Positions 27,446 to 36,060 of a DNA stretch of 64,000 nt are shown here, in pieces. A program made the position numbers and the translations under genes. The stretch spans positions 310,001-374,000 of IMG/VR virus record IMGVR_UViG_3300044796_000657. The stretch is one strand, 5' to 3'. Under the pieces are notes generated by a model, which was given only the letters and a program-made list of their open reading frames with translations, ran no database searches and was not told the DNA's origin. Positions within the stretch are counted from its first letter, which is position 1. Each line of letters opens with the position of its first letter.

Positions 27446-27712
27446 ATGAAAAAAAATCACGAACAAGTAGAATTGCTGATTCGCAATGCGATAGCAGCCT
27501 GTGGATATGATGCGGCATTTTCTGAGACTAAACGTTATTTATCTGCCGCATTACAATCTACTCAAAAAGTTTCCAAAAAACGCTCACGTTCAGTAGCGAA
27601 TGAGAAACATAATCAAGAAGTAAAGACCTACCAAGAAAAGTGGTGGGAAATGATTAAACGTAATAATGCCAATTACAAAGTTGAAGATGTTAATTATAAG
27701 GAAAACCAATGA
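27446..27712 (+). CDS. Hypothetical late protein
   Basis: CTACATA at 27431-27437. Confidence 0.55.
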   Translation: MKKNHEQVELLIRNAIAACGYDAAFSETKRYLSAALQSTQKVSKKRSRSVANEKHNQEVKTYQEKWWEMIKRNNANYKVEDVNYKENQ

Positions 27713-28161
27713 CTATTGATGAATTTGTTGATGAAATGCAGGGCGACCTAGTAAACGAATACACTCATATGCTTTTTTATATGCATGCGAGTTTTACCTT
27801 AAACGGCTACGAAAGAATGTTTGCCGTTCCTTGGCTGACGGCACAATCCAATGAGGAAATGGGTCACGTTCGCCAATTCGCAGAAAAGATCAGGGCTTTC
27901 GGTAAAATGCCTACTCACGCCAATGGTAAAGGCTATCAAGGCGGTGAGTATTCCTTTACGACCCTCAAAGAAATTTTAGAATTCGCTCTTGCTTTAGAGA
28001 AGACGGTTATTGAAAATTATCACAAGAGATTGGGACAAGCACAAAAATTATTTGAAAAAACTGGCAAGTATTACGATTTGGTTATTTTCTACGAAGAACA
28101 TATTGAACATTCTCAACATGACGTTGATGAAATAGTCAAAATGTTGTCTTCCACACGGTAA
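27709..28161 (+). CDS. Ferritin/bacterioferritin-like diiron protein
   Basis: NEY, EEMGH, LEKTV..NY and EHSQHD in a four-helix-bundle spacing. Confidence 0.8.
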   Translation: MTIDEFVDEMQGDLVNEYTHMLFYMHASFTLNGYERMFAVPWLTAQSNEEMGHVRQFAEKIRAFGKMPTHANGKGYQGGEYSFTTLKEILEFALALEKTVIENYHKRLGQAQKLFEKTGKYYDLVIFYEEHIEHSQHDVDEIVKMLSSTR

Positions 28162-28163
28162 GT

Positions 28164-28193
28164 AAAAAAGCCACTCAGATGAGTGGCTTTTTT
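28164..28193. terminator. Bidirectional terminator
   Basis: A6-GCCACTC-AGAT-GAGTGGC-T6. Confidence 0.8.
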
Positions 28194-28195
28194 GT

Positions 28196-28444
28196 TTAAC
28201 CTAATGCTGTATCCCCTAACGTAAACGGCAAAACCGCACCTTCTTCCATAGAAAGTGAAGATGAAGACGAAGAGGAGGAGGAGGAGGAGGAGGAACAAGG
28301 GTCATCATCTATAACATAATCAATACTATTAGTATTATTAGTTGTTGCTGCTGTTTGAAAAGCGCCAACTAATCTACGCAAGCTGTAATTTGGATGCACT
28401 AGCGATTTGATTTTTCGTAATTCGATAAGGGTTGGGTTAGACAT
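28196..28444 (-). CDS. Small late protein with an internal poly-Ser tract
   Basis: 13 consecutive Ser encoded largely by a TCC triplet repeat; ATAAATA upstream at 28455-28461. Confidence 0.6.
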   Translation of the reverse strand: MSNPTLIELRKIKSLVHPNYSLRRLVGAFQTAATTNNTNSIDYVIDDDPCSSSSSSSSSSSSSLSMEEGAVLPFTLGDTALG

Positions 28445-28457
28445 ATTGTATACTTAT

Positions 28458-29282
28458 TTATGGAGGCGTTACTAAATCACCACTCGTCATAACGTAAGGG
28501 ATTTCTGTAATTTGGTCAGGTTTAGTATTAGCACCACTATAAACATAATCTATCTGACGGGCCAAATCACCAACTCTGGCACCAGCAGCGTATTCAATAA
28601 TTGTCGTAATGCGGTCGCTACCATCTACAGTAATTTTCTGGAAGTTAAAGATACCAGACCGGCCACGCAACAGCTCCCAATCGGCTTGCTCATTCGTATA
28701 ATTCAAACCGGCATCCGCAATAATAGCCTGATCAATAGCTTGTGAGACATCGAGCTTTTGAAGAACACCCAAGGAGTCTGGGAATGATGTAATGCTGCTG
28801 ATTGTGTGTCTGTCAAAGTACAAAGGCATTTCAGCAACGCCAGCCTTTTTGTTAAATCTCAACTTGCTTTCAGCACCGCTATTTGAGATGTAAACCTTGA
28901 ATTGGGTTCTCTGTCTTAGAGACTTAACGATAACATAATTAACACCGTGGTTATCGGTATTGACACTAGCCGCAAACAAAGCTTTGAAAGTGCTATTGGC
29001 ATTCAAAGCAGTAACTACTTCAGTAGCAGACACAGCAGAGGAACTTACGGCACCAGCGGCAATATTAACAGCTAATTGTGCGTAGCTTTTGCCGACATCA
29101 AATGAATAATTGAATGTTAATGTATTTACAACTGATAAATCGAATGGTTCTGGATTGAACGCCATCATCAATTGCGAAGAATTGATATTGGAGTTAACTA
29201 CAAACGTCATATTGTATTGCTTATCAGACAGCAATAAGTTACCACGAAACTCGGTGTCAAATACGTTTTGGTAAAACGGCAT
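28458..29282 (-). CDS. Probable virion structural protein
   Basis: Ala/Ser/Asn/Val-rich and beta-rich; the start is probably MPFYQNVF at 29282. Confidence 0.55.
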   Translation of the reverse strand: MPFYQNVFDTEFRGNLLLSDKQYNMTFVVNSNINSSQLMMAFNPEPFDLSVVNTLTFNYSFDVGKSYAQLAVNIAAGAVSSSAVSATEVVTALNANSTFKALFAASVNTDNHGVNYVIVKSLRQRTQFKVYISNSGAESKLRFNKKAGVAEMPLYFDRHTISSITSFPDSLGVLQKLDVSQAIDQAIIADAGLNYTNEQADWELLRGRSGIFNFQKITVDGSDRITTIIEYAAGARVGDLARQIDYVYSGANTKPDQITEIPYVMTSGDLVTPP

Positions 29283-29283
29283 A

Positions 29284-29793
29284 TTAATATCCCCACAAGG
29301 CTTTAAATCGTTGCACAATCCCCTGTGCTTTTTTACGCTCATCCACTTTTCTCTCTTCTTTTTCTTCAAGAGATTTTCTGGCTTCTACTGGTCGAGCATA
29401 ACCGTAAAGCCTGTCAACTGCATCTTCCCATTCAGTACCGGGAACGTACGACCTCAACTCACCTTCAATTTCCATATAAGTTCTATAACCCTGATAATGG
29501 ACAATCAATTCCGCTGGTCGGCTATCATAAAACATCAATTTGATACACAAATTGATTCCTCGTCTTAGCCCATCGAAGTAATAACCTTTAAGGTAGACTT
29601 CGCCATCCCCGTCATCCAAAATGTCGGGCGTATCCATTTCCCAGAAATCGGGCAGCATTGAATATTGAACGGTTTGTTCGACTACCGGTCTGCCAAAAGC
29701 CTTTACGATTACGTGAAGTTTACTGGTCAATTCTTTTCGGGCCGCTTCAATCGTCCGTTTTTCAACGAGCGCTTTGATCCTCTCTTCAATCAT
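29284..29793 (-). CDS. Hypothetical protein
   Basis: 169-aa ORF. Confidence 0.6.
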   Translation of the reverse strand: MIEERIKALVEKRTIEAARKELTSKLHVIVKAFGRPVVEQTVQYSMLPDFWEMDTPDILDDGDGEVYLKGYYFDGLRRGINLCIKLMFYDSRPAELIVHYQGYRTYMEIEGELRSYVPGTEWEDAVDRLYGYARPVEARKSLEEKEERKVDERKKAQGIVQRFKALWGY

Positions 29794-29912
29794 GTCACTT
29801 TATATAGTATTTTTTCAAGAAAGTGATATTCAATGTACTTACTTAATTTTTCATTTATTTCATTGCTACTTCATATATATTGCCCACTATCGAAAGGGGG
29901 GGGTATATATAT

Positions 29913-31331
29913 ATGAAAATATGGAATTCATTAAAGGCGTTTTTTGTTACCCCAATAGTAAAGGCTTTTAGTGGTTTAATACATTACCAAGCTAACGATC
30001 CAACGAGGCCAGAGCTTGCGGTAGTGATGGAATTGCCACAGCCGCCAACCCCTTGCCCGCCATTCGTGGTTGAAGGATTTACGGGCAAAGATGGACCGGA
30101 TGGATCAATTGAGCGGCAAGCTTGTGGCGTTTACACCACAATGACTTTGTCGCTAATCCAATGCCAAAACATTCTTACTAAGCCGATTATTCGTTGGCCA
30201 GCCCTTTGCCAGCTTTTTGCCAATCCACGTTCTGGCAAAATGTTCAATGCTTATTACGACCGATACTATCTCAACTTCTTTTACGATTTAGACCCAAAAA
30301 CCAATCAGACGGTTTATACGTGTGAATCGACAGATGTTGTTGCCCACGAACTCGGACATGCCATTCTTGACGCTCTCCGACCCGACTTGTGGGCCGTTCA
30401 AAGTGTTGAAATCCAATCTTTCCATGAAGCTTTTGGCGACATTAATGCGATGTTAACGGAACTTACAATGAAGGAAATGGTTGCTGACGTTTTGAAAGAA
30501 ACGAATGGTGATTTGAGAAAGAGTAATGTTGTTGCCCGTATCGGCGAACAAATGGGACTTGCTATCTACCATGCTAAGGGTAATGATGGTATGCCGGATA
30601 ATTTTGCTTTGAGAACCGCTATCAATAACTTCCAATACGTTGCCCCTGAAACATTGCCAACACGTGCGCCGGATGATACTTTGGCTGGTGAACCACACAG
30701 TTTCAGCCGAGTTTTCGCAGGCGGATTCTACGATGCATTGGTCAATGTTTACGATAAAGAAGTTGCAAGTGGAAAACTTCCTGTTGATGCCTTAGAGCAA
30801 GCTAGATTGAAAATGTCTAAAATCATTTACAACAGTATCCGTACTGCTCCCGTGACGACACGATTCTTCGGGTCAGTTTTGAAGGCAATGTTAACTTATG
30901 ATTTCCAAATGGGATTAGAGTGTGGTGAAGCAATTAGAACTGGTTTCGCAGGACACGGCATTTATGCTCCGGAAGATTTGAATGTCAATATGGTGGCTAT
31001 TGATTTGACGGCACAAGATTCGTTGTTTATGCTTGGCCAAAACCAAGTTGAAACGGCCAGAACGGTTGATTTTGACTTTGACAAGAGCGATCCTCTTTAT
31101 TCTTGTATTATTGAATTGGCAAATGCTCATCAACCACGCCAGTTTGTTACTGACAATTTAGAAGATTTACAAAAAGCCATTGGTGCTGCCAAACACTCAT
31201 TAATGGTAATTCGTGATCATGATCGTGTTGCCTCCGGACCAACTGCCGGAAGGGTTCACGAAAAGGAATTTTCCGTTATTGATGGCCGTTTAGTGCGTAA
31301 TTACTTCAGTTGCTGGTTTCATCAACATTAG
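29913..31331 (+). CDS. Thermolysin-like (M4/M36) zinc metallopeptidase
   Basis: FNAYY, DVVAHELGH (HExxH), SFHEAFGDI (third ligand) and EPHSFS. Confidence 0.8.
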   Translation: MKIWNSLKAFFVTPIVKAFSGLIHYQANDPTRPELAVVMELPQPPTPCPPFVVEGFTGKDGPDGSIERQACGVYTTMTLSLIQCQNILTKPIIRWPALCQLFANPRSGKMFNAYYDRYYLNFFYDLDPKTNQTVYTCESTDVVAHELGHAILDALRPDLWAVQSVEIQSFHEAFGDINAMLTELTMKEMVADVLKETNGDLRKSNVVARIGEQMGLAIYHAKGNDGMPDNFALRTAINNFQYVAPETLPTRAPDDTLAGEPHSFSRVFAGGFYDALVNVYDKEVASGKLPVDALEQARLKMSKIIYNSIRTAPVTTRFFGSVLKAMLTYDFQMGLECGEAIRTGFAGHGIYAPEDLNVNMVAIDLTAQDSLFMLGQNQVETARTVDFDFDKSDPLYSCIIELANAHQPRQFVTDNLEDLQKAIGAAKHSLMVIRDHDRVASGPTAGRVHEKEFSVIDGRLVRNYFSCWFHQH

Positions 31332-32122
31332 GTATAATGGTCGTATCCATGAGGGGTACGGCAATGAACGTGGCAACAGAATACGTTATGCGAAACAACG
31401 TAGCAGCTAAAATGCTCAAGCTGCCTTGTTCGTTGTTTTTAGAAAGTTTAAGCAAACGCAAAAAGAAAATGACGAAATCTGCTCTGGTTCTGGAAACAGA
31501 CGGTGCGGATTTCGTCACCGTGACGAGATACGACTTAACTCAACAAAAATCCAAATCGGTACCCGAACCTTCATACAAAACGCAAGTTAACCGGGCTGAC
31601 ATTTTCACAAGTCCGTTTATCGTAATTCCCAACATGTTCCTCATGCCTTTCCACGAAACGCCTTATACGTTCGATGGCAAGCAAGAACAATCGATACCTT
31701 TGAGTGTTATTCAAGAAAAAGAATACACGAAAACCGTGGATGGGTTCTTCCAATCCATGAACAATAAAACCGCCCGTGAAACTTGGCTTTGGCGGGTTTT
31801 TGAAAAAATTAACATTTCCCCCGAAACCCGAACTCTTTATGCTGAGTCTGGGTTTGCGGAAGCAACCGCATTGTCTCGCTTTGATGCTGCTCTACACCAG
31901 ATTTGGGTACAGTGGAAAAGCACTTTGCTGGATTTTTCTGGTCCCGCATCAGAATTGATTTTCAACAAAGTCTATAAAGGAAAGATTAACGCTTATCCAG
32001 AAAGACTGGTACGATCAGGCATGGATGAATTTATGCCTGTCATGCGTCCTAGCCGACAGAGAGAGAGAATCATTTTCCCCCCATTGGGTATGCGGCCACC
32101 TAGTAGAACCATTCGTGAATAA
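31310..32122 (+). CDS. Hypothetical protein
   Basis: 270-aa ORF. Confidence 0.5.
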   Translation: MLVSSTLGIMVVSMRGTAMNVATEYVMRNNVAAKMLKLPCSLFLESLSKRKKKMTKSALVLETDGADFVTVTRYDLTQQKSKSVPEPSYKTQVNRADIFTSPFIVIPNMFLMPFHETPYTFDGKQEQSIPLSVIQEKEYTKTVDGFFQSMNNKTARETWLWRVFEKINISPETRTLYAESGFAEATALSRFDAALHQIWVQWKSTLLDFSGPASELIFNKVYKGKINAYPERLVRSGMDEFMPVMRPSRQRERIIFPPLGMRPPSRTIRE

Positions 32123-32150
32123 TGATTTTTGTATTAAGAATCTACATACT

Positions 32151-32954
32151 ATGATGGAAAGACGCAAATTCGATAATTGGGTTAAATCTCGCCAAAATAT
32201 AGTAGGCGAAGGCTTCATGGATCGTATATTCGGCAGAAAGCAACAGCCGCAATCGCACGAACCACCTGAACCGGAAGAACCGTCACATATTTATGCGCAC
32301 CCAACGGTTGAAAAATATCACCGTGAAGTCCTAGATCATCTTCTTTTGAATCAGCCACTCGAAATCATTAATGGTTCTGGTCAAAAGACCGGCGATTATC
32401 ATGGTAAACTCCCGCCGGAAATTGACAAGGCTCTCCGAAGATTTGTGGCAAGTCACACTTTGGGCGGCGAAAAGTCATTCCTCAGAGTTAACCAGCACGA
32501 CGCAATTTTGATCCTCAACTATATGGATCGATTGCGGGTGCCGGGCGAAGACTCACCACTCACCGACCGCTTTGGCATTACAAATCCTGTTTCATTCAGT
32601 CAATGGATGGAAACCCACGTTCCAGTATCCTTGAACGTACAAAGACAAATGGGCTTTGCACAAGCATCCGGTAACTATGTGCCGCCACGTGATAATGTCG
32701 GAGCGGGTTCTTTACGTGATCCAAGAATCAAGAAACTTGTTGACGCTTCGTTGAAAGTAATTAACGGTGTCAGCGGCAAGATGGAAACATCAAGCCGTAG
32801 AATTACAAAAGACATTATTGATGGTGTCAAAGAAATGCGTGGGGCACTAGCTGCCATGAACATTATTGATGATGCTCAACCGACCACCAACACCCCTCCT
32901 CCTGATCCTTACGTCGTTGGCAAGGGCCGTCCAAAACCCAAACAAAAGCCTTGA
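32151..32954 (+). CDS. Hypothetical late protein, possible internal head protein
   Basis: CTACATA at 32142-32148 just before ATG; N-terminus MMERRKFDNWVKS. Confidence 0.6.
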   Translation: MMERRKFDNWVKSRQNIVGEGFMDRIFGRKQQPQSHEPPEPEEPSHIYAHPTVEKYHREVLDHLLLNQPLEIINGSGQKTGDYHGKLPPEIDKALRRFVASHTLGGEKSFLRVNQHDAILILNYMDRLRVPGEDSPLTDRFGITNPVSFSQWMETHVPVSLNVQRQMGFAQASGNYVPPRDNVGAGSLRDPRIKKLVDASLKVINGVSGKMETSSRRITKDIIDGVKEMRGALAAMNIIDDAQPTTNTPPPDPYVVGKGRPKPKQKP

Positions 32955-32978
32955 CATTTAGGTAATTTATGGTAGACT
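32951..32978 (+). promoter_or_regulatory. Sigma70-type promoter of pncA
   Basis: TTGACA, a 16-nt spacer and TAGACT with an extended TG; contains TTATGGTAGACT. Confidence 0.65.
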
Positions 32979-32996
32979 TAATATAAGGAGTCTACC

Positions 32997-33602
32997 ATGA
33001 ATACCGATGCCTTATTTGTTGTCGATCCTCAAAACGGTTTTTCAAAATTGTGTCCAAAAGAGTTGCCCGTAGAAGGGGCTTTGGACATCATTGCTCCGAT
33101 TAACGAACTCCTTGAATTACCTTTTGCCCGCAAAGACATGTCATTGGATTGGCACCCTGCCGATCACGACTCTTTCAAAATATATCCGCCTCATTGCGTC
33201 ATGGACACCTTCGGCGCATCGCCTCTTAGTGGGTTGAATACCCACAAGATTCATGTCATTTGGCGTAAGGGCTACGACAAAACCGGGATGGCATACAGTG
33301 CCGTCGATCAACACCCGTATCTGCCTCATATGTTCATTCATCAAGGTATCAAAAGAATTTTCTTTTGCGGCATTTGTACCAACATCTGTGTGATTGATAC
33401 AGCATTAGGAATGATCCTTAATTGTCCGATGTATAAGGATGTCGGACGACCTTTTTACGAAGTCTACATTGTAGAAGATGCTTCGGCGGGCATTGATATT
33501 CCCGCATTGGACATTGATCAAAAAGCCGCCAAAGCCAAAGGCATTGCCAATGGCATCAAATACATTACCGTGGCCGAAGTCAAGAAGATGGTTAAGGAGT
33601 AG
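32997..33602 (+). CDS. pncA: Nicotinamidase (isochorismatase fold)
   Basis: VVDPQNGF, DWHP, PPHC, RKG, YSA and GICTNICV (catalytic Cys). Confidence 0.9.
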   Translation: MNTDALFVVDPQNGFSKLCPKELPVEGALDIIAPINELLELPFARKDMSLDWHPADHDSFKIYPPHCVMDTFGASPLSGLNTHKIHVIWRKGYDKTGMAYSAVDQHPYLPHMFIHQGIKRIFFCGICTNICVIDTALGMILNCPMYKDVGRPFYEVYIVEDASAGIDIPALDIDQKAAKAKGIANGIKYITVAEVKKMVKE

Positions 33603-33604
33603 TC

Positions 33605-33790
33605 ATGGCTAAAAAGACTCAAACCAAACAAGAGCAAATTTCGCAAGAAGAGCAGTATATCGCATTCCTTCAAAAGCGATTAGCTTCTGAGCATTACAAG
33701 GAAGTTACTTCAAAGGAAGACTACGCCAAGGAAAAGGCAAAGTATGAAAAGGCAAAGTTCAAATTGAAGATGTTGAAGGAACAGCGTTAA
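33605..33790 (+). CDS. Small basic hypothetical protein
   Basis: 61-aa ORF directly downstream of pncA. Confidence 0.6.
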   Translation: MAKKTQTKQEQISQEEQYIAFLQKRLASEHYKEVTSKEDYAKEKAKYEKAKFKLKMLKEQR

Positions 33791-34286
33791 TAGAACCTAC
33801 GATGTTTTCGATAATCTGCCGGGATTTCTGAAACAGTGAAATCAAACCCGAATGAAATTTCTTTGAAGATATTAACATCATCTTTTGAATTTCTTCATAA
33901 GCCAACCAGTCAATATGGGAAGTTTCCCAACTATGTCCGGAATGGGGACTGAAAGTGAATTCTGTTGGCACAACACCAATGAAATTGAAATACTTGAAGT
34001 TTCCAGAACTGAAAACATAAGCGGGAGTTAACTGGATTGCCCCTTCGTAACCCGTCTCTTCTTTCATTTCTTCTTTGGCACTTTCGGCGGGTTGCATTCC
34101 TCTTTGGATTGCGCCTCCAAGAGTGCCGTAGCAATTACCCATATGAACCGATCCGGAACGCCACGCAAGACAAATCCGTTTCGTACTTGAACATATCGGA
34201 AGAATGCCGCTGGCCCCACCACCTTCACCAGCCCAAAAACCGTCGTTATCGTAGTGAGATTCTATCCACATCTTAAATCTCTTCAT
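33759..34286 (-). CDS. NUDIX hydrolase with a capsid-targeting-like N-terminus
   Basis: NUDIX box GGAIQRGMQPAESAKEEMKEETGY; N-terminus MKRFKMWIES. Confidence 0.8.
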   Translation of the reverse strand: MKRFKMWIESHYDNDGFWAGEGGGASGILPICSSTKRICLAWRSGSVHMGNCYGTLGGAIQRGMQPAESAKEEMKEETGYEGAIQLTPAYVFSSGNFKYFNFIGVVPTEFTFSPHSGHSWETSHIDWLAYEEIQKMMLISSKKFHSGLISLFQKSRQIIENIVGSINAVPSTSSI

Positions 34287-34516
34287 TAGACCGTTCTCAC
34301 AACCTGTTTTCTTCCGATCTGTGGCAATGCTGGCCCGCCATAGGTTGGGAATGCCGAAGTCGTTGGTTCGGGCCGCATTGGTTTAGGTATACTTTTATCA
34401 CTCAGTCCACCAGATTTCAAGTCCGGTCTACGATCCTGTGAAGGCGTTGCTTTGATTGGCCCATTATCTACAATAGGCCCACCAAATTCCATCCATGTTC
34501 TAAAACTGCTTAGCAT
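34286..34516 (-). CDS. Small protein with a capsid-targeting-like N-terminus
   Basis: Internal start MLSSFRTWME at 34516, preceded by ATATATA. Confidence 0.6.
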   Translation of the reverse strand: MLSSFRTWMEFGGPIVDNGPIKATPSQDRRPDLKSGGLSDKSIPKPMRPEPTTSAFPTYGGPALPQIGRKQVVRTV

Positions 34517-34554
34517 ATCTTTATATATCCTCTCATTATCGTATACATATTTAT

Positions 34555-35031
34555 ATGCAGTTAATGACAATATCAGAAATTATCCATTTCGATATCGATG
34601 GAAAAGAATTGTGGCGAATGGAAGACATCCATAATGTCTTTCATGTTCAAGGTGAAGAATATTTCTTGAAAGCACTTTTTACTGGTCTCGCAATACCAAC
34701 CAATTATTATGTCGGTTTGGATAATAGGCTCAACATCAATAAAGCGGACATAGCAAGCGGTTTGTTGGGCGAACCTACCGGTGGCGGATATACCAGAAAA
34801 ACTGTCAGTAGTTTCGGGGCGGTTTACGAAAGTGGCAAGTGGCGAGTCAAATCAACAACGTTAATTTTTAATGCTATTGGTGGTGGATGGGGGCCGGTCA
34901 GAAATGCGTTTTTGACTACCTCTACCGGCAATAGTGGATACCTGATTTCTTCGGTGCCTTTACAGTCGCCAAGAACCTTGACGGATGGACAATCGTTGAG
35001 TTTTAGGTATGTTTTAGCTATGGGGGAATGA
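34555..35031 (+). CDS. Virion structural protein (tail/baseplate-associated type)
   Basis: YYVGL, EPTGGGYTR, WGPV.NAFL and RTLTDGQSL pattern typical of myovirus tail proteins; ATACATA upstream. Confidence 0.6.
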   Translation: MQLMTISEIIHFDIDGKELWRMEDIHNVFHVQGEEYFLKALFTGLAIPTNYYVGLDNRLNINKADIASGLLGEPTGGGYTRKTVSSFGAVYESGKWRVKSTTLIFNAIGGGWGPVRNAFLTTSTGNSGYLISSVPLQSPRTLTDGQSLSFRYVLAMGE

Positions 35032-35034
35032 TTT

Positions 35035-35418
35035 ATGATGCTATGGGAAGAGTATTTTTTGAGACACAAAATGCCTCTCATATCGCCTTATCCTCCTTTT
35101 ATTGAGGATACAGGGGCGTCGTTCATCATTAGACCAAACCCGCCACAAGAGCATAGAAGGTGGGTTGAATTCATTGTACAATTCAACGAATCGCTCAGAA
35201 GTAATGAAATAGGACAGCAGGCGATGAGATGGGGGTCTGAAATCACCCAAGGCAGATTGAGTTATATGCCTTCTTTGCGAGAGCAGCAATCATTCTTGTT
35301 TCATCAGATACCGGCAATGGAAGTCTTGTGGCACTCACAAGTTAACCGTGTTATCTCGTGGTCCTGTTCAGATAGCTTGCGAGATTCTCACAGAATACTG
35401 ACCTCTCCAATTCGCTAA
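35035..35418 (+). CDS. Hypothetical protein
   Basis: 127-aa ORF. Confidence 0.4.
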   Translation: MMLWEEYFLRHKMPLISPYPPFIEDTGASFIIRPNPPQEHRRWVEFIVQFNESLRSNEIGQQAMRWGSEITQGRLSYMPSLREQQSFLFHQIPAMEVLWHSQVNRVISWSCSDSLRDSHRILTSPIR

Positions 35419-35821
35419 TATCCTGAATAACGATTTGATTGGTAGTAAAAAAACGTTCGCCATTTTTCGTGGTTACGTTTTCAATGACGAATTGGAACCA
35501 TGTTATATCGTCGGGAGCATCAGCGGCTTTTACCCACTTGTTGGTATCGGATATGTTGATGTGATACCCGGCCTCTACTTCTTCAATTTCATCTGTTGAA
35601 TGACTCGTAATTGAGTATGGGCAATAAATTTCACTGAGTTGCAAATCGGATGCCGATTCGTCAACCGGAACGCAAAATCCAACCGTTTCAATGGTTGTTG
35701 GTGATGCCAAATCGGCAATTTCTTGTCTGGTCAAAAATATGCTGTGGGAGATATAAAGACGTTTCATTTTTTGCTCGTCAAAGGGGTTCTGAGGTAATAT
35801 AGTAGCGTTGTGACCATACAC
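35351..35821 (-). CDS. Hypothetical protein
   Basis: 156-aa acidic ORF. Confidence 0.55.
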   Translation of the reverse strand: MYGHNATILPQNPFDEQKMKRLYISHSIFLTRQEIADLASPTTIETVGFCVPVDESASDLQLSEIYCPYSITSHSTDEIEEVEAGYHINISDTNKWVKAADAPDDITWFQFVIENVTTKNGERFFTTNQIVIQDISELERSVFCENLASYLNRTTR

Positions 35822-35829
35822 CCTACTAG

Positions 35830-36060
35830 ATGCCCAAACAGGAGAATGCCATGATGAAGCGTATCAAAATTTGGATGCTGAATCGCAAGGTTAATGCCGC
35901 CAAGGCGAACTTGGCCAGCGTGCTTGCGATGCCTGCAGACTATCTAGCGAAACAAACGATTGATGTTGTTCCGCTATTGAGAATCTACATCAAGCAACAT
36001 GAAGCCGATCTGCTCAAACTTACGGATGCTGCTGCTGCAGTTTTGCCAGCAACGCTCTGA
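35830..36060 (+). CDS. Hypothetical protein
   Basis: 76-aa helical ORF. Confidence 0.45.
   Translation: MPKQENAMMKRIKIWMLNRKVNAAKANLASVLAMPADYLAKQTIDVVPLLRIYIKQHEADLLKLTDAAAAVLPATL

Noticed and set aside
29896-29912. G8 run and (TA)n tract upstream of the metallopeptidase as a phase-variable promoter
   Set aside because: A single short instance with no evidence of length variation. The TA tract is adequately explained as a late-promoter box.
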